Origin: Limnothrix sp.
Lineage (GTDB): Bacteria; Cyanobacteriota; Cyanobacteriia; Cyanobacteriales; MRBY01
NCBI GenBank assembly: GCA_049644465.1
Contig: JBARRZ010000041.1
Span: 1 to 58,546 of the forward strand
Length of the DNA: 58,546 nt
Direction of reading: 5' to 3'
A program made the translations under genes and the position numbers. The notes under the pieces were generated by a model. That model did not search any database. It was given only the letters and a program-made list of their open reading frames with translations, and was not told the origin of the DNA. This document shows positions 1-10,364 of the stretch, one piece after another. Every line of letters begins with the position of its first letter. Position 1 is the stretch's first letter.

Positions 1-19
1 AAATCTGACCCCTGAAAAA

Positions 20-1153
20 ATGCCGCAGACAATTGTTATAAAAATTGGGACATCGAGTCTGACTGACCCAGAAACCGGCATGTTGGCGTTGGCGACGATC
101 GCCACTTTGGTCGAAACATTGACCCGCCTCAAGCAACTGGGTCACCGGGTAATTTTGGTGTCGTCGGGAGCGGTGGGGGTGGGTTGTGCACGGCTTGGTT
201 TGATCGAACGCCCGAAAAAAATTGCTGTCAAACAGGCGATCGCCGCCGTGGGTCAGGGCAGGTTAATCCGGCTCTACGATGACTTATTTACCAATCTGCA
301 ACAGGCGATCGCCCAAGTATTACTCACCCGCCGAGATCTAGTAGATCGCAGCTCCTATCTAACCGTGCAAGACGCGCTGAACGCCATGCTAGAGCTAGGC
401 GTGATTCCCATCGTCAACGAAAACGATACCGTGGCTGTCGATGAACTGAAATTTGGCGATAACGACACCCTTTCGGCGCTAGTGGCGAGTTTGGTGAATG
501 CCGATTGGTTAGTTTTATTGACTGATGTGGATCGACTTTATTCCGCAGATCCACGCCAAAATCCCGATGCCAAGCCGATTCCTTTAGTAAGTTCCAGCGA
601 ATTATTCGATCTCCAAGTGGATGCGGGTTCCAGCGGTTCCCAGTGGGGTACGGGCGGGATGCAAACCAAATTAACGGCGGCGCGTATCGCGACAAATGCC
701 GGAGTGCGGACGGTGATTACTCAGGGCACAGATCCAAAAAATTTGCTCAAAATTATTGCCGGGGAAGACATTGGCACGCACTTCGAGGCGCAACCCCAAG
801 CGGATAATGCTCGCAAACGCTGGATTGCCTACGGTTTGTTGCCCCAAGGCAAGCTCTATCTCGATGACGGGGCGACGAAGGCATTATTACAAAAAGGAAA
901 ATCTCTCCTCGCGGCAGGCATCACGAAAATCGAAGGGGAATTTGCGGTGAATGATGGCGTAGAACTTTGCTCGAAAAATGGTCAGGCGATCGCCAGAGGG
1001 TTAGTCAATTACAGCAGCCAAGAAATCGCACAAATTCGCGGCCAACATTCCAAACAGATCACCGAAATCCTTGGATACGACGGCGCAGATACCGTGATTC
1101 ACCGCGACAACCTCGCCTTTCTCCTCGGATCACCGGGCAATGTGGGAAAATAG
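20..1153 (+). CDS. proB: Glutamate 5-kinase (kinase + PUA domain)
   Basis: [47 protein letters not shown] and GTGGMQTK motifs; C-terminal PUA-like domain. Confidence 0.97.
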   Translation: MPQTIVIKIGTSSLTDPETGMLALATIATLVETLTRLKQLGHRVILVSSGAVGVGCARLGLIERPKKIAVKQAIAAVGQGRLIRLYDDLFTNLQQAIAQVLLTRRDLVDRSSYLTVQDALNAMLELGVIPIVNENDTVAVDELKFGDNDTLSALVASLVNADWLVLLTDVDRLYSADPRQNPDAKPIPLVSSSELFDLQVDAGSSGSQWGTGGMQTKLTAARIATNAGVRTVITQGTDPKNLLKIIAGEDIGTHFEAQPQADNARKRWIAYGLLPQGKLYLDDGATKALLQKGKSLLAAGITKIEGEFAVNDGVELCSKNGQAIARGLVNYSSQEIAQIRGQHSKQITEILGYDGADTVIHRDNLAFLLGSPGNVGK

Positions 1154-1185
1154 GGTTAGCTTGTTACTCTCATCCGTCTTTATTA

Positions 1186-1776
1186 ATGACCCTCAAGACC
1201 GAATTATTAGAAACGATCGCCGGAAAAAATCGGGGACTCCTCACCACAGAAGTTGACCGCGCCAATATTCTCGCCACCATTGACCGCCTCGAAGACGAGA
1301 ATCCGACACCCGCACCTTTAGCAGCCCCACAACTACTAGAAGGAGATTGGCGGCTAGTCTACACCACGAGCAATGGCATCTTGGGCATTAACCGCTTTCC
1401 GCTACTGCAGCTTGGTCAGGTGTATCAGTGCATTCGCCCAGAACAGCGCAAAATTTACAATATTGCCGAAGTGGAAGGCGTGCCTTTATTAGAAGGATTA
1501 GTCTTAGTCGAAGCAAATTTTGAGGCTGTCTCAGACCAACGAGTGAACGTTGACTTTACCCGTTGTTTAATTGGTTCTCAGCGACTGATGAACTACCGTT
1601 TTCCCAGAGGCTTAGTCGAGCAATTAACGTCAGGTAAAAAGTTTTTGCCGATAGACTTTGGCATCAACAACAAGAATAAAGATGCTTGGCTGGACACGAC
1701 TTATCTTGACGAAGATCTGCGCGTCGGCAGAGGAAATGAAGGGAGTGTCTTCGTGATGAGCCGGGAAAAATATTAG
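1186..1776 (+). CDS. PAP/fibrillin family protein
   Basis: LEDENPTPAP, LLEGDWRLVYTT and WLDTTYLDEDLRVGRGNEGSVFV motifs; start moved to ATG at 1186 because the track start (967) overlaps proB. Confidence 0.92.
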   Translation: MTLKTELLETIAGKNRGLLTTEVDRANILATIDRLEDENPTPAPLAAPQLLEGDWRLVYTTSNGILGINRFPLLQLGQVYQCIRPEQRKIYNIAEVEGVPLLEGLVLVEANFEAVSDQRVNVDFTRCLIGSQRLMNYRFPRGLVEQLTSGKKFLPIDFGINNKNKDAWLDTTYLDEDLRVGRGNEGSVFVMSREKY

Positions 1777-1800
1777 AAAAGCGGTCTAAAAAATACTAAA

Positions 1801-1894
1801 GACCCGGAGTCCACGCCTATCTCAAGCATCCCGTATTGCTGCTACCTTCCGGTCCTGACAAGGTTTGGGCGTTGGGATCGCATGAATCCGAGCC
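1801..1894 (-). ncRNA. ffs: Signal recognition particle 4.5S RNA (small bacterial SRP)
   Basis: Minus strand contains TCAGGACCGGAAGGTAGCAGC (SRP helix 8 signature); ends GGCTCGGATTCATGC and GCGTGGACTCCGGGTC can pair into a long hairpin. Confidence 0.95.
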
Positions 1895-1901
1895 GAGTAC
1901 G

Positions 1902-1910
1902 AATATAACA
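1902..1910 (-). promoter_or_regulatory. Extended -10 promoter candidate for ffs
   Basis: TGTTATATT on the minus strand about 7 nt upstream of the SRP RNA 5' end. Confidence 0.5.
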
Positions 1911-2016
1911 TAGTTTGCCGAAGAGCAGGAGGGCGATCGCCTGATACTTTGATCAATCAATTTTTGAGGTGAAAAGCGTAAACGCTCAGTTTTGGTAGAT
2001 GGATAAAATCCATATC

Positions 2017-2045
2017 TTGACAAGGTGGTTTAGAATTGTTAGGCT
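2017..2045 (+). promoter_or_regulatory. sigma70-type promoter of tRNA-Met
   Basis: TTGACA, 17-nt spacer, TAGGCT; ends 13 nt upstream of the tRNA. Confidence 0.7.
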
Positions 2046-2058
2046 TGTTTTCGGTTTT

Positions 2059-2132
2059 GGCTCGGTAGCTCAGTTGGTTAGAGCAGGGGACTCATAAGCC
2101 CAAGGTCGGCAGTTCAAATCTGCCTCGAGCCA
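2059..2132 (+). tRNA. tRNA-Met(CAT), probably elongator; CCA not encoded
   Basis: GGCTCGG acceptor stem pairs with TCGAGCC; D-arm TAGCTCAGTTGGTTAGAGCA; anticodon loop CT-CAT-AA; T-loop GTTCAAATC. Confidence 0.95.
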
Positions 2133-2316
2133 CTTTATTGCAAATAGATCACTGTAATCGACAGATTCTGGATGATACCGGAAGGTTATTTCAGCAGTTT
2201 TGTCCTATGTTTTTACAGTGCTCGGAAATTAGACTTAACACAATATTTCGGCGGCAGATGATAAATTATTTCAGACAACCAGAGACAGAATAAGGATAGT
2301 TTGAGGTAGGGTAGCC

Positions 2317-2484
2317 ATGGCTTTTAGTGTTCAACGATTTTTTATTCTTTTGTGTATTGCCCTTGCTGGATTTTGGGTTGTTGCGGATAGATACCCGGAC
2401 AGTGGCTGGGAATATCTCGTGAGTTTTGCTTTTCTAGCGAGTATACTTTTTGTCTGTTTTGAAACAGATGAAGATGATAGTTGA
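2317..2484 (+). CDS. Small hypothetical membrane protein (55 aa, two predicted TM segments, acidic tail)
   Basis: Translated by hand: MAFSVQRFFILLCIALAGFWVVADRYPDSGWEYLVSFAFLASILFVCFETDEDDS; GAGGT upstream; shorter than any ORF in the track. Confidence 0.55.
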   Translation: MAFSVQRFFILLCIALAGFWVVADRYPDSGWEYLVSFAFLASILFVCFETDEDDS

Positions 2485-2601
2485 TTCGTAGCCTATGGGC
2501 GAGTGGTAGAAGTAATTAATGTCTCACAGCATTGAGGGTTTAAACGTAGAAATGAGGCTAAAAGTTTTGCAGACTTTTACCTTAATCGATGCTTTCAATA
2601 C

Positions 2602-3465
2602 TTAATAGTTTTGCCAACGTTTTTTCCATTGGCTGGTAGATTCGAGGGTTGTTTCAGTCTGTTCGGCAATGCGCCGGTCTAGGATGGTTTGGCGATCGCC
2701 TTTCAAATTTTCATCACGGTAGGGAATTGCGGCGCGGGTTTGTAAATGTTCGATTTCTTTTAGTGAAAGAGGCTGCAAATCGTCGGGAATAAATCGTGCT
2801 AAAGTGCCGGGAGATTTTCTGCCGACGCTGGGGGTTGCCCCAAACTTCAGGTTTGCTTTTGCCATGGCTTGACGGACGGCTGCTGCACAAGAATAGGTGG
2901 CGAGATAGCCTTGTTCAGCTAAGCACTGGGCGACTAGATTGATGAATTCAATTGTCCAGAGCTGGGGGCATTTTGGCGGCGAGAAAGGATCAAGAAAAAT
3001 AGCGTCTGCTTTGAAGTTTTGGGCGATCGCCTGCTGGATAGTTTGTCGGGCATCGCCGATTAATAAATGGGCTGTTAGATGTTCTGAGCTAAAGGTCAAA
3101 TCTTGGCTGAGTTGTCCCAGAATAGCGGCGACTGTTGGTGACCACGGACTGAGTAGATTTTGCTGAATACTATCGGTGGCGATCGCCAGATTTTTTTCGA
3201 GGGCAAACAGTTCGATCTCGCAGTCGGGATTGACGCGCCAAATTTCGGTCAGTGCGGCGGCGGTATTGTGTCCTAAGCCGTAGCAAATGTCTAATAAACG
3301 GATTTTTGATTTGGCCTGAGCTTGCTCTGCGATGCGGCAGGGAATCAAAAACTTTTCGGTGGCTTCTCGTTTCGCGCCTGCGTGGGAATGGAAATGTTCT
3401 TGAAATTCTTCTGAAAAAAAGGTGAAAGAACCGTCTGCTGTAATTTGTGGTTTCAACTGCGTCAT
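2602..3465 (-). CDS. MnmC/MnmD-type tRNA (mnm5s2U34) SAM-dependent methyltransferase domain protein
   Basis: TADGSFTFFSEEFQEHFHS, LLDICYGLG, GDARQ, FLDPFSPPKCPQLW and LATYSCA motifs. Confidence 0.85.
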   Translation of the reverse strand: MTQLKPQITADGSFTFFSEEFQEHFHSHAGAKREATEKFLIPCRIAEQAQAKSKIRLLDICYGLGHNTAAALTEIWRVNPDCEIELFALEKNLAIATDSIQQNLLSPWSPTVAAILGQLSQDLTFSSEHLTAHLLIGDARQTIQQAIAQNFKADAIFLDPFSPPKCPQLWTIEFINLVAQCLAEQGYLATYSCAAAVRQAMAKANLKFGATPSVGRKSPGTLARFIPDDLQPLSLKEIEHLQTRAAIPYRDENLKGDRQTILDRRIAEQTETTLESTSQWKKRWQNY

Positions 3466-3487
3466 TTTACAAAAAATTCACGCATCA

Positions 3488-4252
3488 TTAACGCGATTGA
3501 ATTTGTTTTAACCAACAATCAAGATCGACTATTTTAATGCCTTTTTCTGCTGCTAATTTTCGTTCAGACTCGGTATTGTAACCCCAGTCTGCGAGGAATA
3601 ATTTTACATCTTTTAAAGCAGAATCTTGTTGGACTTTTTCTAATGTTTTTAGGCGGTCTTCGATAAACCAAATACTTTTGAAATCAAGGGAAATCAGCTG
3701 TTCTAATGTGGCGGTTTTGGGCTGCTTTGTTTCTTTACCAAAGATATTTTCTCGTGGAAAATTAATGCCTTGTTGGGTCAAAATCTGGTGCGTAAAGCGG
3801 GCTTCTTTTGTGGTGATGATATAAACGTTTGTCTCGGCGTCGTCTAGCAATTTTTGCAACGAATCTAGGATGCCGTCATAAAAGCTGTGCAAGGCTAACC
3901 ATTGATCAAGTGTTTCGGAAATTTGGCGATCGCGCACCTGATCAAGAGTTTGGACTAATTGTGGTTGGGTTACTTCTACTTCGCTAAAAAATTCTGATAA
4001 AATGCCGCGCCAATTTTGGGCGATCGCCGCTTCTGGGATGCCGATAACGAGGGCATGGATCAGCGCGATCATTTCCCAGCCTGTTTCAATTACGGGGCGC
4101 AGTGCGTAAAATTTTGGGCGGATCTTTTCGGCGATCGCCAAATCTTTTGGTTGCCAGAGCTGTTGGTAACCGAGCCATGCGGAATGGAAATATTCGGCCT
4201 GACCGTTGCAGATAACGCCGTCAAAATCGAAGGCAATCAGTTTATTTGGCAT
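3488..4252 (-). CDS. HAD-family hydrolase
   Basis: N-terminal FDFDGV motif I; IITTK; FIEDR; LADWGYN. Confidence 0.85.
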   Translation of the reverse strand: MPNKLIAFDFDGVICNGQAEYFHSAWLGYQQLWQPKDLAIAEKIRPKFYALRPVIETGWEMIALIHALVIGIPEAAIAQNWRGILSEFFSEVEVTQPQLVQTLDQVRDRQISETLDQWLALHSFYDGILDSLQKLLDDAETNVYIITTKEARFTHQILTQQGINFPRENIFGKETKQPKTATLEQLISLDFKSIWFIEDRLKTLEKVQQDSALKDVKLFLADWGYNTESERKLAAEKGIKIVDLDCWLKQIQSR

Positions 4253-4270
4253 TATTTGTTTGACGTTAAA

Positions 4271-4588
4271 TTAGTCGGGAATTTGTGCGCGCATCCGGTC
4301 GAGGGTGACGTTCATTTGGTCGAACATCTGCTGAGGCGTCATGCCAAATTGCCCAAGTTGGGTTTTCATTTGCTCTACGGCCATTTGCGCCATAAAGTCA
4401 TCGGACAGCTCGAAACGTTTCATGAAAATCTTGTAGCGATCCATGATGGCTTCCATTTGTTCGATGTACATTTTTTTGCCTGCGCGGTCAAATTTGCCGA
4501 ATTCGCTGCCGAGTTGGACAATATTTTGATAGTCAGTAAATAGGCTCTGTGCTTCTTTCTGAACGATTTCTGAGTCAAAAAATCCCAT
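4271..4588 (-). CDS. Conserved cyanobacterial protein (DUF1825-like)
   Basis: MGFFDSEIVQ...GKFDR.GK...RYKIFMKRFELSDDF pattern. Confidence 0.85.
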   Translation of the reverse strand: MGFFDSEIVQKEAQSLFTDYQNIVQLGSEFGKFDRAGKKMYIEQMEAIMDRYKIFMKRFELSDDFMAQMAVEQMKTQLGQFGMTPQQMFDQMNVTLDRMRAQIPD

Positions 4589-4725
4589 GATATTCTTTAG
4601 GCTGTGTTTGCAGCGGATTGACTTGTTCTAGCATAAGGGTGAGATTGGGGTCTCTTCTAAATCTTAATGGACTCCTAATTCCTCGCAAAGTATGGTTTTC
4701 CGCATCTAATGTTCTTTTTATTGCT

Positions 4726-5115
4726 ATGAAACAGGCGATCGCCACATTTTCGACAAAACCAAAAAGCCGTAAGGTTGCCATCGGTTTGGCGCTGGCGGGT
4801 TCGGTAACGCCGCTGGCTGGTGTGCATAAGTTCTATGTGGGGCAGCCGGTGTGGGGGGTGGTGTATATTTTGCTGTGGTCTACGCCGATTCCGCAGATTG
4901 CCTGTGCGATTGAGGCGGTGTGGTACGTGCTACAGGACTTTGATTCTTTTCAAGAGAAGTTTGGCATCGAGACCCAAAAAACGAATAAGTCTCTGGCTGT
5001 GGCTGAAAAAACGACGGCGATCGCCACGGCTCTGCGGGAATTAGAAAAACTTCGCACGGAAGGGTTGATCACGGAATATGAGTTTGAGCAAAAACGTCGT
5101 CAATTATTAAACTAA
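4726..5115 (+). CDS. TM2/NINE domain + C-terminal SHOCT domain membrane protein
   Basis: GVHKFYVGQP.WGVVYILL (TM2); LRELEKLRTEGLITEYEFEQKRRQLL (SHOCT); start moved to ATG at 4726. Confidence 0.85.
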   Translation: MKQAIATFSTKPKSRKVAIGLALAGSVTPLAGVHKFYVGQPVWGVVYILLWSTPIPQIACAIEAVWYVLQDFDSFQEKFGIETQKTNKSLAVAEKTTAIATALRELEKLRTEGLITEYEFEQKRRQLLN

Positions 5116-5261
5116 ATTTTCTGCCACTTATTTCGCCGAAAAATATGATTTGTATTTACGGTATTCGAGACTATCTCAGTCCGATCAAAGCAGAACTTTC
5201 CAATGTGATTCATTGACGAAGCACAACTAAATTATGCTATCGATGTTTGAAAATTTAGACT

Positions 5262-7628
5262 TCAGCTGCACACATCAGTTTCTTGCATTATTTGTCTACC
5301 CATCGGCGATCGCCACAACGCTTCAACTAACAAATCAATATTAATCGGTTTACTTAGATAATCATTCATCCCTGCCGCCAAACACGAAAGGCGATCGCCA
5401 CTCATCGCATTAGCCGTTAGCGCAATAATATAAGGACAATAATGTGAATCGAGAAGACATTCTGTCGTTTCGATACCATCCATCTCTGGCATTTGGATAT
5501 CCATCAAAATCACATCATAAACATGTCTACGAGTTTCCTCTAAAACCTCTAAACCATTACTCACAATACTAACGCTATAACCTAATCTTTCTAACATCCT
5601 AGAAGCAACTTTTTGATTGACAACATTATCTTCAGCCAAAAGAATACTTAGCGGTAATCTTTTCGCTAAGCTCTGATCATTTTCATCAAGAGAATTCTTC
5701 GGCGATATCAACGGCTTAGGCGGCATCAATGTTGTCGGCAAAACTTCTAAAGCAACAGTAAAACTAAAACAGCTACCAATACCAACTGCACTATTTACAG
5801 TGATTTCACTGCCCATTATGTTTGCTATTTTCTGACTAATAGTCAATCCCAAGCCTGTGCCTGTCGTCTTGAATTTTGTCTCTCCTGTTTGCTCAAATGG
5901 CAAGAAAATAGAGTCTATTTTTTCTGGATCAATACCTACACCAGAATCCTTTATCTCAAAACTAATTGAGGCAAAAGAAGCCGTTTCTTTCACTTTAGGT
6001 TTCCGGGGCAGCGTATGAACATGAAATATCACATGGCCTTTTTTAGTAAATTTGACAGCATTATTTAATAGATTAAGCAGAATTTGCTTTAGTCTTTTTT
6101 CATCTGTGAATATAGTTTGAGGTAAGTCTGATGAAAAATCATAGATAAGATTAATATTTTTCTGGTTTGCTTGCACTCGAATGATTGCTACTATCTTTTG
6201 AAGAAATGCTTTGAAATCAACGCATTGGAAGTAAAGCTCCATTTTTCCAGCTTCAATCTTTGCAATATCAAGAATATCTTCAATGAGATAAAGTAAATGT
6301 GACCCAGAATCATGAATAGTTTGAAGATCTGCTAATTCTGGTTCACTAAGATTTTCGGAGCTTTTTAAAAGATGAACTAAGCCGAGCACTGCATTTAAAG
6401 GTGTTCTTAGCTCATGGCTCATATTAGAAAGAAATACAGTTTTTGATTGGTTTGCTTGCTCCGCATTTATTTTTGCTTCAGTCAGTGCAGTATTTTGCTG
6501 TTCTAAGATCAAAGCCGTTGCATTAAGCTTGTCTTGGCTATTTTCGAGTTGTATTGTCCTTTCTGTTAATCTCACTTCTGATTGTTGTAGCTTTTTAAAA
6601 GCTTGTTGTTTTTCGGATAGTACAGCGAGCAAGCTTAGGGTTGTAACGATAATTACGATAATAAAAGACTGTAGTTCTATTAATGAATTGTTGAGATTTT
6701 GGCTGGCAAATGATCCGAAACCTCTGACTGTGCCTAACACGGCGATAGTTGTAATAATTAGAATTAGATTTGTTGCGCCAAACTGACCAAATCGGAGTAC
6801 GGCCCACACTAAACAAGGAATTAATACATATTCAAGGTGTTGTTGTTGGTAGAAAGAAACGTAGCTAATAGACAAAACAATGCTGACAAGACTAATTGCT
6901 TCAATTATTTTTAGTTTGAATGATATGAATTTGTTCTTGATGCGAGGAATGATTTTATGAAAACTGCTGGTTGTAAAGAGAGAAGAAAGTTCTTGGTGAT
7001 AAAGCTCATAACAACTTAGCAATGCAGGAGTGAAAATACAAATGCCTGAAACGTTTGAAATCCACCAAACAAACCAAACTTTACTAAATGCTGACCAAGG
7101 AATATAACTACCTAAACATAAGCTCGCGACTCCAGATATTGCATTGATCATCGGCGCTAAAGCACTCGTGAATATCAAGAATATATAGATTCCATCTAAT
7201 CTTTCGAAGGGATTGTTATTGCCGATAAATCGACGTAATAAGTAATTACCAATTCCTATTCCGGCTGTTGTTCCTGTTGCAATGCCCAAAACTTGTAGAG
7301 TCGAGGCGATCGCCGTATATAGATTCTCGCCATCAAAAAAAGCCCAAATATTTGCAAGAAAAGACCCGATCAAAACGCCCGGTAAAATCTGATAACCGAA
7401 GATTAGAGTTGCAGCGGAAGCAAATCCATCTGGCGGCCAAACGGGGGTGACGTCTTGTGGTGTTGCTGCTATGTGACGAGAAATTTCTGCTGTGCCATAG
7501 TACACCAGTGCCAAGGCAAGAATAAGACAAAGGCGCGGAAATAGCTTGAACTTTTTCTGTGGAAAATGGAATGCATCGCCCACCCTTGATTGGGGATAGC
7601 CATGCTGCCTGCTGGTGTTGGGTTGCAT
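5262..7628 (-). CDS. Hybrid sensor histidine kinase (MASE1-HisKA-HATPase-REC)
   Basis: PVWPPDG (MASE1 start); FLSNMSHELRTPLN H-box; LLNNAVKFT, DSGVGI and GTGLGL boxes; receiver LAEDN..DVILMDIQMP..KP. Confidence 0.93.
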   Translation of the reverse strand: MQPNTSRQHGYPQSRVGDAFHFPQKKFKLFPRLCLILALALVYYGTAEISRHIAATPQDVTPVWPPDGFASAATLIFGYQILPGVLIGSFLANIWAFFDGENLYTAIASTLQVLGIATGTTAGIGIGNYLLRRFIGNNNPFERLDGIYIFLIFTSALAPMINAISGVASLCLGSYIPWSAFSKVWFVWWISNVSGICIFTPALLSCYELYHQELSSLFTTSSFHKIIPRIKNKFISFKLKIIEAISLVSIVLSISYVSFYQQQHLEYVLIPCLVWAVLRFGQFGATNLILIITTIAVLGTVRGFGSFASQNLNNSLIELQSFIIVIIVTTLSLLAVLSEKQQAFKKLQQSEVRLTERTIQLENSQDKLNATALILEQQNTALTEAKINAEQANQSKTVFLSNMSHELRTPLNAVLGLVHLLKSSENLSEPELADLQTIHDSGSHLLYLIEDILDIAKIEAGKMELYFQCVDFKAFLQKIVAIIRVQANQKNINLIYDFSSDLPQTIFTDEKRLKQILLNLLNNAVKFTKKGHVIFHVHTLPRKPKVKETASFASISFEIKDSGVGIDPEKIDSIFLPFEQTGETKFKTTGTGLGLTISQKIANIMGSEITVNSAVGIGSCFSFTVALEVLPTTLMPPKPLISPKNSLDENDQSLAKRLPLSILLAEDNVVNQKVASRMLERLGYSVSIVSNGLEVLEETRRHVYDVILMDIQMPEMDGIETTECLLDSHYCPYIIALTANAMSGDRLSCLAAGMNDYLSKPINIDLLVEALWRSPMGRQIMQETDVCS

Positions 7629-8015
7629 TGGGTTTATCTGCTCGTGACTTTTGTGTTGATGGAATCCACTATTTTTTATAAAAATTTAGCAAAGCTGATT
7701 GATGATACTCTTCTCAGCAGGCGATGAATGTGATCTAACACCATGAGTCTATTGAAGTACTTATGTCTTGTTTTATAAATTTGAATTGATTCGTATTTAT
7801 TGGCAATCAGATGTTGACTCTCTGAGAAAAAGGCGATCGCCACCATTTATTTTTCAAAAAACTACCGTGATTCTACTAGGCTTTAATTAAATTGAAGCAG
7901 CTAAGACTTGCTCATATTTTACTTCTCTCGCCCCGAAAAAATACGCCTCTATGAATCTTGGGGGAATTCTGAATCTGAGTTTATGGCGATCGCCAATTAA
8001 TATGAACCCTTTTCC

Positions 8016-8537
8016 TTATTTGTGATAAAAAGCTTCCTCCTTTGAGATTTTGGAAATTAGATCTCGAAAACAATCATCTATCGATTTATTTGCTGTATCA
8101 ATCACAATGCGTTCCTTTGACCAAGGATGATATTCTCTATTTTTGACATCCGGCCAAGTCGGCAATCGCAAATTTGAAATGTTAGAAATTCGAGTTTCTA
8201 TACGTTGACGATGCTCGGTTTCACAGGAACAAATGATTTCGACATTTATAAAGTTTGCCCCGCTATCCATAGCAACTTTTTCCCATTCTTTTCTAGACAA
8301 TTCAATCGAATTACATGAATCGGTAACAACGTTTATGTCTAGTTTTAAATTATCAATAGCAATACGGTAGGCCAGTCGATATCCTTCACTCGATACCGAA
8401 TAATTACATAAATCACGCAATCCTTGTTCGACTGTATCAATGCGTAAATAAGTAGCTTTTAACGCTGTGGCTAATTGTTGAGAAAGGGTCGTTTTACCCG
8501 TGCCGGGTAGTCCAGAAAAAATAAATAATGTGGCCAT
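8016..8537 (-). CDS. AAA_33-type P-loop kinase
   Basis: GLPGTGKTT Walker A; YLRIDTVEQ; HRQRIETR...PTW..V..REY.PW. Confidence 0.85.
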   Translation of the reverse strand: MATLFIFSGLPGTGKTTLSQQLATALKATYLRIDTVEQGLRDLCNYSVSSEGYRLAYRIAIDNLKLDINVVTDSCNSIELSRKEWEKVAMDSGANFINVEIICSCETEHRQRIETRISNISNLRLPTWPDVKNREYHPWSKERIVIDTANKSIDDCFRDLISKISKEEAFYHK

Positions 8538-9292
8538 AGATTTATAGAGAATGGCGATCGTTCAGGGGGCAATTGTCGGGCGATCGCCGGAAGTTACACT
8601 TCAGATTCCAGTACAGCTAAGACATTATCACACCAAGCCACCCAACTTTCCTCGAAACGCACACCCCACAACAACGTGAGATAGCGATATTGATCTATGG
8701 GCGATCGCCGCTCTTCATAGAATTGATTAAGCATTCAGAGTGGGGAATCATAGCAAGCTGATGACAAAAAAGGCATTTACCACACCATATTTAGTCATCA
8801 GAAAAATAGCTATGTTTGATGTGGTGGGTGCGATCAAACCATCAACGTGAAGACAATTCGAGTCAGTTTCTTCCAATAGATAGCAGCACAAAAATTTTAG
8901 GCCACCACGTATCTTTTTTCGTAACCACCCAACATTGAAAATTATTCCTACCTACATTGGATCTAGAACCAAGAAGTTATTTGGTCAGAGATGAAATGTA
9001 GAGGTGATCGCCATTATGAATATTTTCGATAGGCTGATGATTCAAAAGCTTAAGAAACTCATACAATTCTTTGTGCTGAAATACGTGATACAACGGCTGG
9101 TTTCCTCCGGGTTTGTTTACAGAAACCGCCCTGCTTAGACAGCGTGATAGTTTGTGCGCCAGAAATGGAATTGATTGATCGTTCACTACAGTTCAAATCA
9201 ACTGTAATTGAGACGCAGTATCTGGGGTGATCGCCCATTTATTTTGTAAAGAAATTATTTAGTTTCCCTGTGGGACTCATAGGGATTGAAAC

Positions 9293-10243
9293 ATGATTGA
9301 TCAAGACACGATGGAGTTGGGCATCAAGAGATTATTTGCTATATGGTGCGTGGTATTAATCAGGGTGCCTTGGTCTCGATATGGACTAAATCGCTTTCTC
9401 GTCGGCAGCTTCCCCGTGCAAACTATGGCTGTATTGTTATACCACCATTCTTTACTGGTGAATCACCAGATGGGGATGGCCTTTTTTGCAACAGGTAAGA
9501 GTCCTTTGTTTGGGACAAGGGAGGATGCCCTAACTGCTTTGGCTCAGGTGGTGGCGATCGCCTTACTGGGGATCGGTCTATCAAAGAAATTTTGGCCATC
9601 ACAAACATCTCAGAAACAATGGTTTTTGCAGAAGTTTAAAAAACACAGACTGTTGCTTGTATGCCTCTTGATCCCCTTGAGCCTGTTAGCTTCTTTCTAT
9701 TCAGTTGGGGGGATAATCGCTTTTTGTCTGTTGCTCTGTTCTCTGGGTTCAAATAAGCTTGTTTGTCTTGGGATTCTGTTTCTTATTCCCTTGCATATAT
9801 CTCTGCTCTATGGTCATGGTCAGGTGTTAGCGATCGCCGAGCGAAATTCTTTTAATACAGGAATACAAGAGGTGATCAAAGCAGAAGTTCACACGGAAAT
9901 TCAGCAATGGATGTCCACCCAAACTTGTGATCAGCTGGCGAATGAGGAATGGCGATTGTTAAAGGTTAGTGATTTTCCTAGTGATAGTAAATGGGCGATA
10001 GATTTAGATTCATTGCCAAGTGAGATTGTTTATTTGGGTAAGCAGGCCATTGGAGTTGCATTTTACTGTGATGTATCGGGGGACTTCTCGACATTACGGT
10101 TTCTTTATCCTGATTTTGGGGATGACTGGACAATGAGTTTTGTATTTCCGCCAGAAAAGTCGAGTCAGGCAGCCAGTAGCAGAGCCTTCTTCAGCTCTGA
10201 GTCTGAGGAACTCGGTTTTTATTTCGGGGATGGCTGGGAATGA
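9293..10243 (+). CDS. Hypothetical membrane protein; C-terminus altered by a tandem duplication
   Basis: 316-aa ORF with several hydrophobic segments followed by a soluble domain; no recognisable family; start uncertain. Confidence 0.55.
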   Translation: MIDQDTMELGIKRLFAIWCVVLIRVPWSRYGLNRFLVGSFPVQTMAVLLYHHSLLVNHQMGMAFFATGKSPLFGTREDALTALAQVVAIALLGIGLSKKFWPSQTSQKQWFLQKFKKHRLLLVCLLIPLSLLASFYSVGGIIAFCLLLCSLGSNKLVCLGILFLIPLHISLLYGHGQVLAIAERNSFNTGIQEVIKAEVHTEIQQWMSTQTCDQLANEEWRLLKVSDFPSDSKWAIDLDSLPSEIVYLGKQAIGVAFYCDVSGDFSTLRFLYPDFGDDWTMSFVFPPEKSSQAASSRAFFSSESEELGFYFGDGWE

Positions 10244-10323
10244 GTTTTATTTTTCCGCCAGAAAAGTTGAGTCAGGCAGCCAGTAGGAGAGCCTTCTTCA
10301 GCTCTGAGGAATTCGGTTTTTAT
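10115..10323 (+). repeat. Imperfect tandem direct repeat, about 108-bp period, two copies
   Basis: ATGAGTTTT..TTTCCGCCAGAAAAGT.GAGTCAGGCAGCCAGTAG.AGAGCCTTCTTCAGCTCTGAG occurs at about 10133 and 10240. Confidence 0.92.
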
Positions 10324-10364
10324 CTCACAGGAAGCTGAATCTTTACTCAAATGGGATATCCGGC

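Noticed and set aside
967..1185. N-terminal extension of fibrillin overlapping proB (similar extensions at 4618, 12801, 25699, 29144, 48130 and 52678)
   Set aside because: These come from the first-available start codon in the ORF track; family-like sequence and RBS positions favour the downstream starts
1817..2023. 68-aa ORF on the minus strand
   Set aside because: Overlaps the SRP RNA gene and the tRNA promoter
8977..9186. 69-aa minus-strand ORF
   Set aside because: No recognisable motif or RBS; not distinguishable from a chance ORF
10115..10338. Diversity-generating retroelement TR/VR pair
   Set aside because: Differences between the copies are not adenine-specific (C/T, C/G and indels), and no reverse transcriptase is encoded in the window
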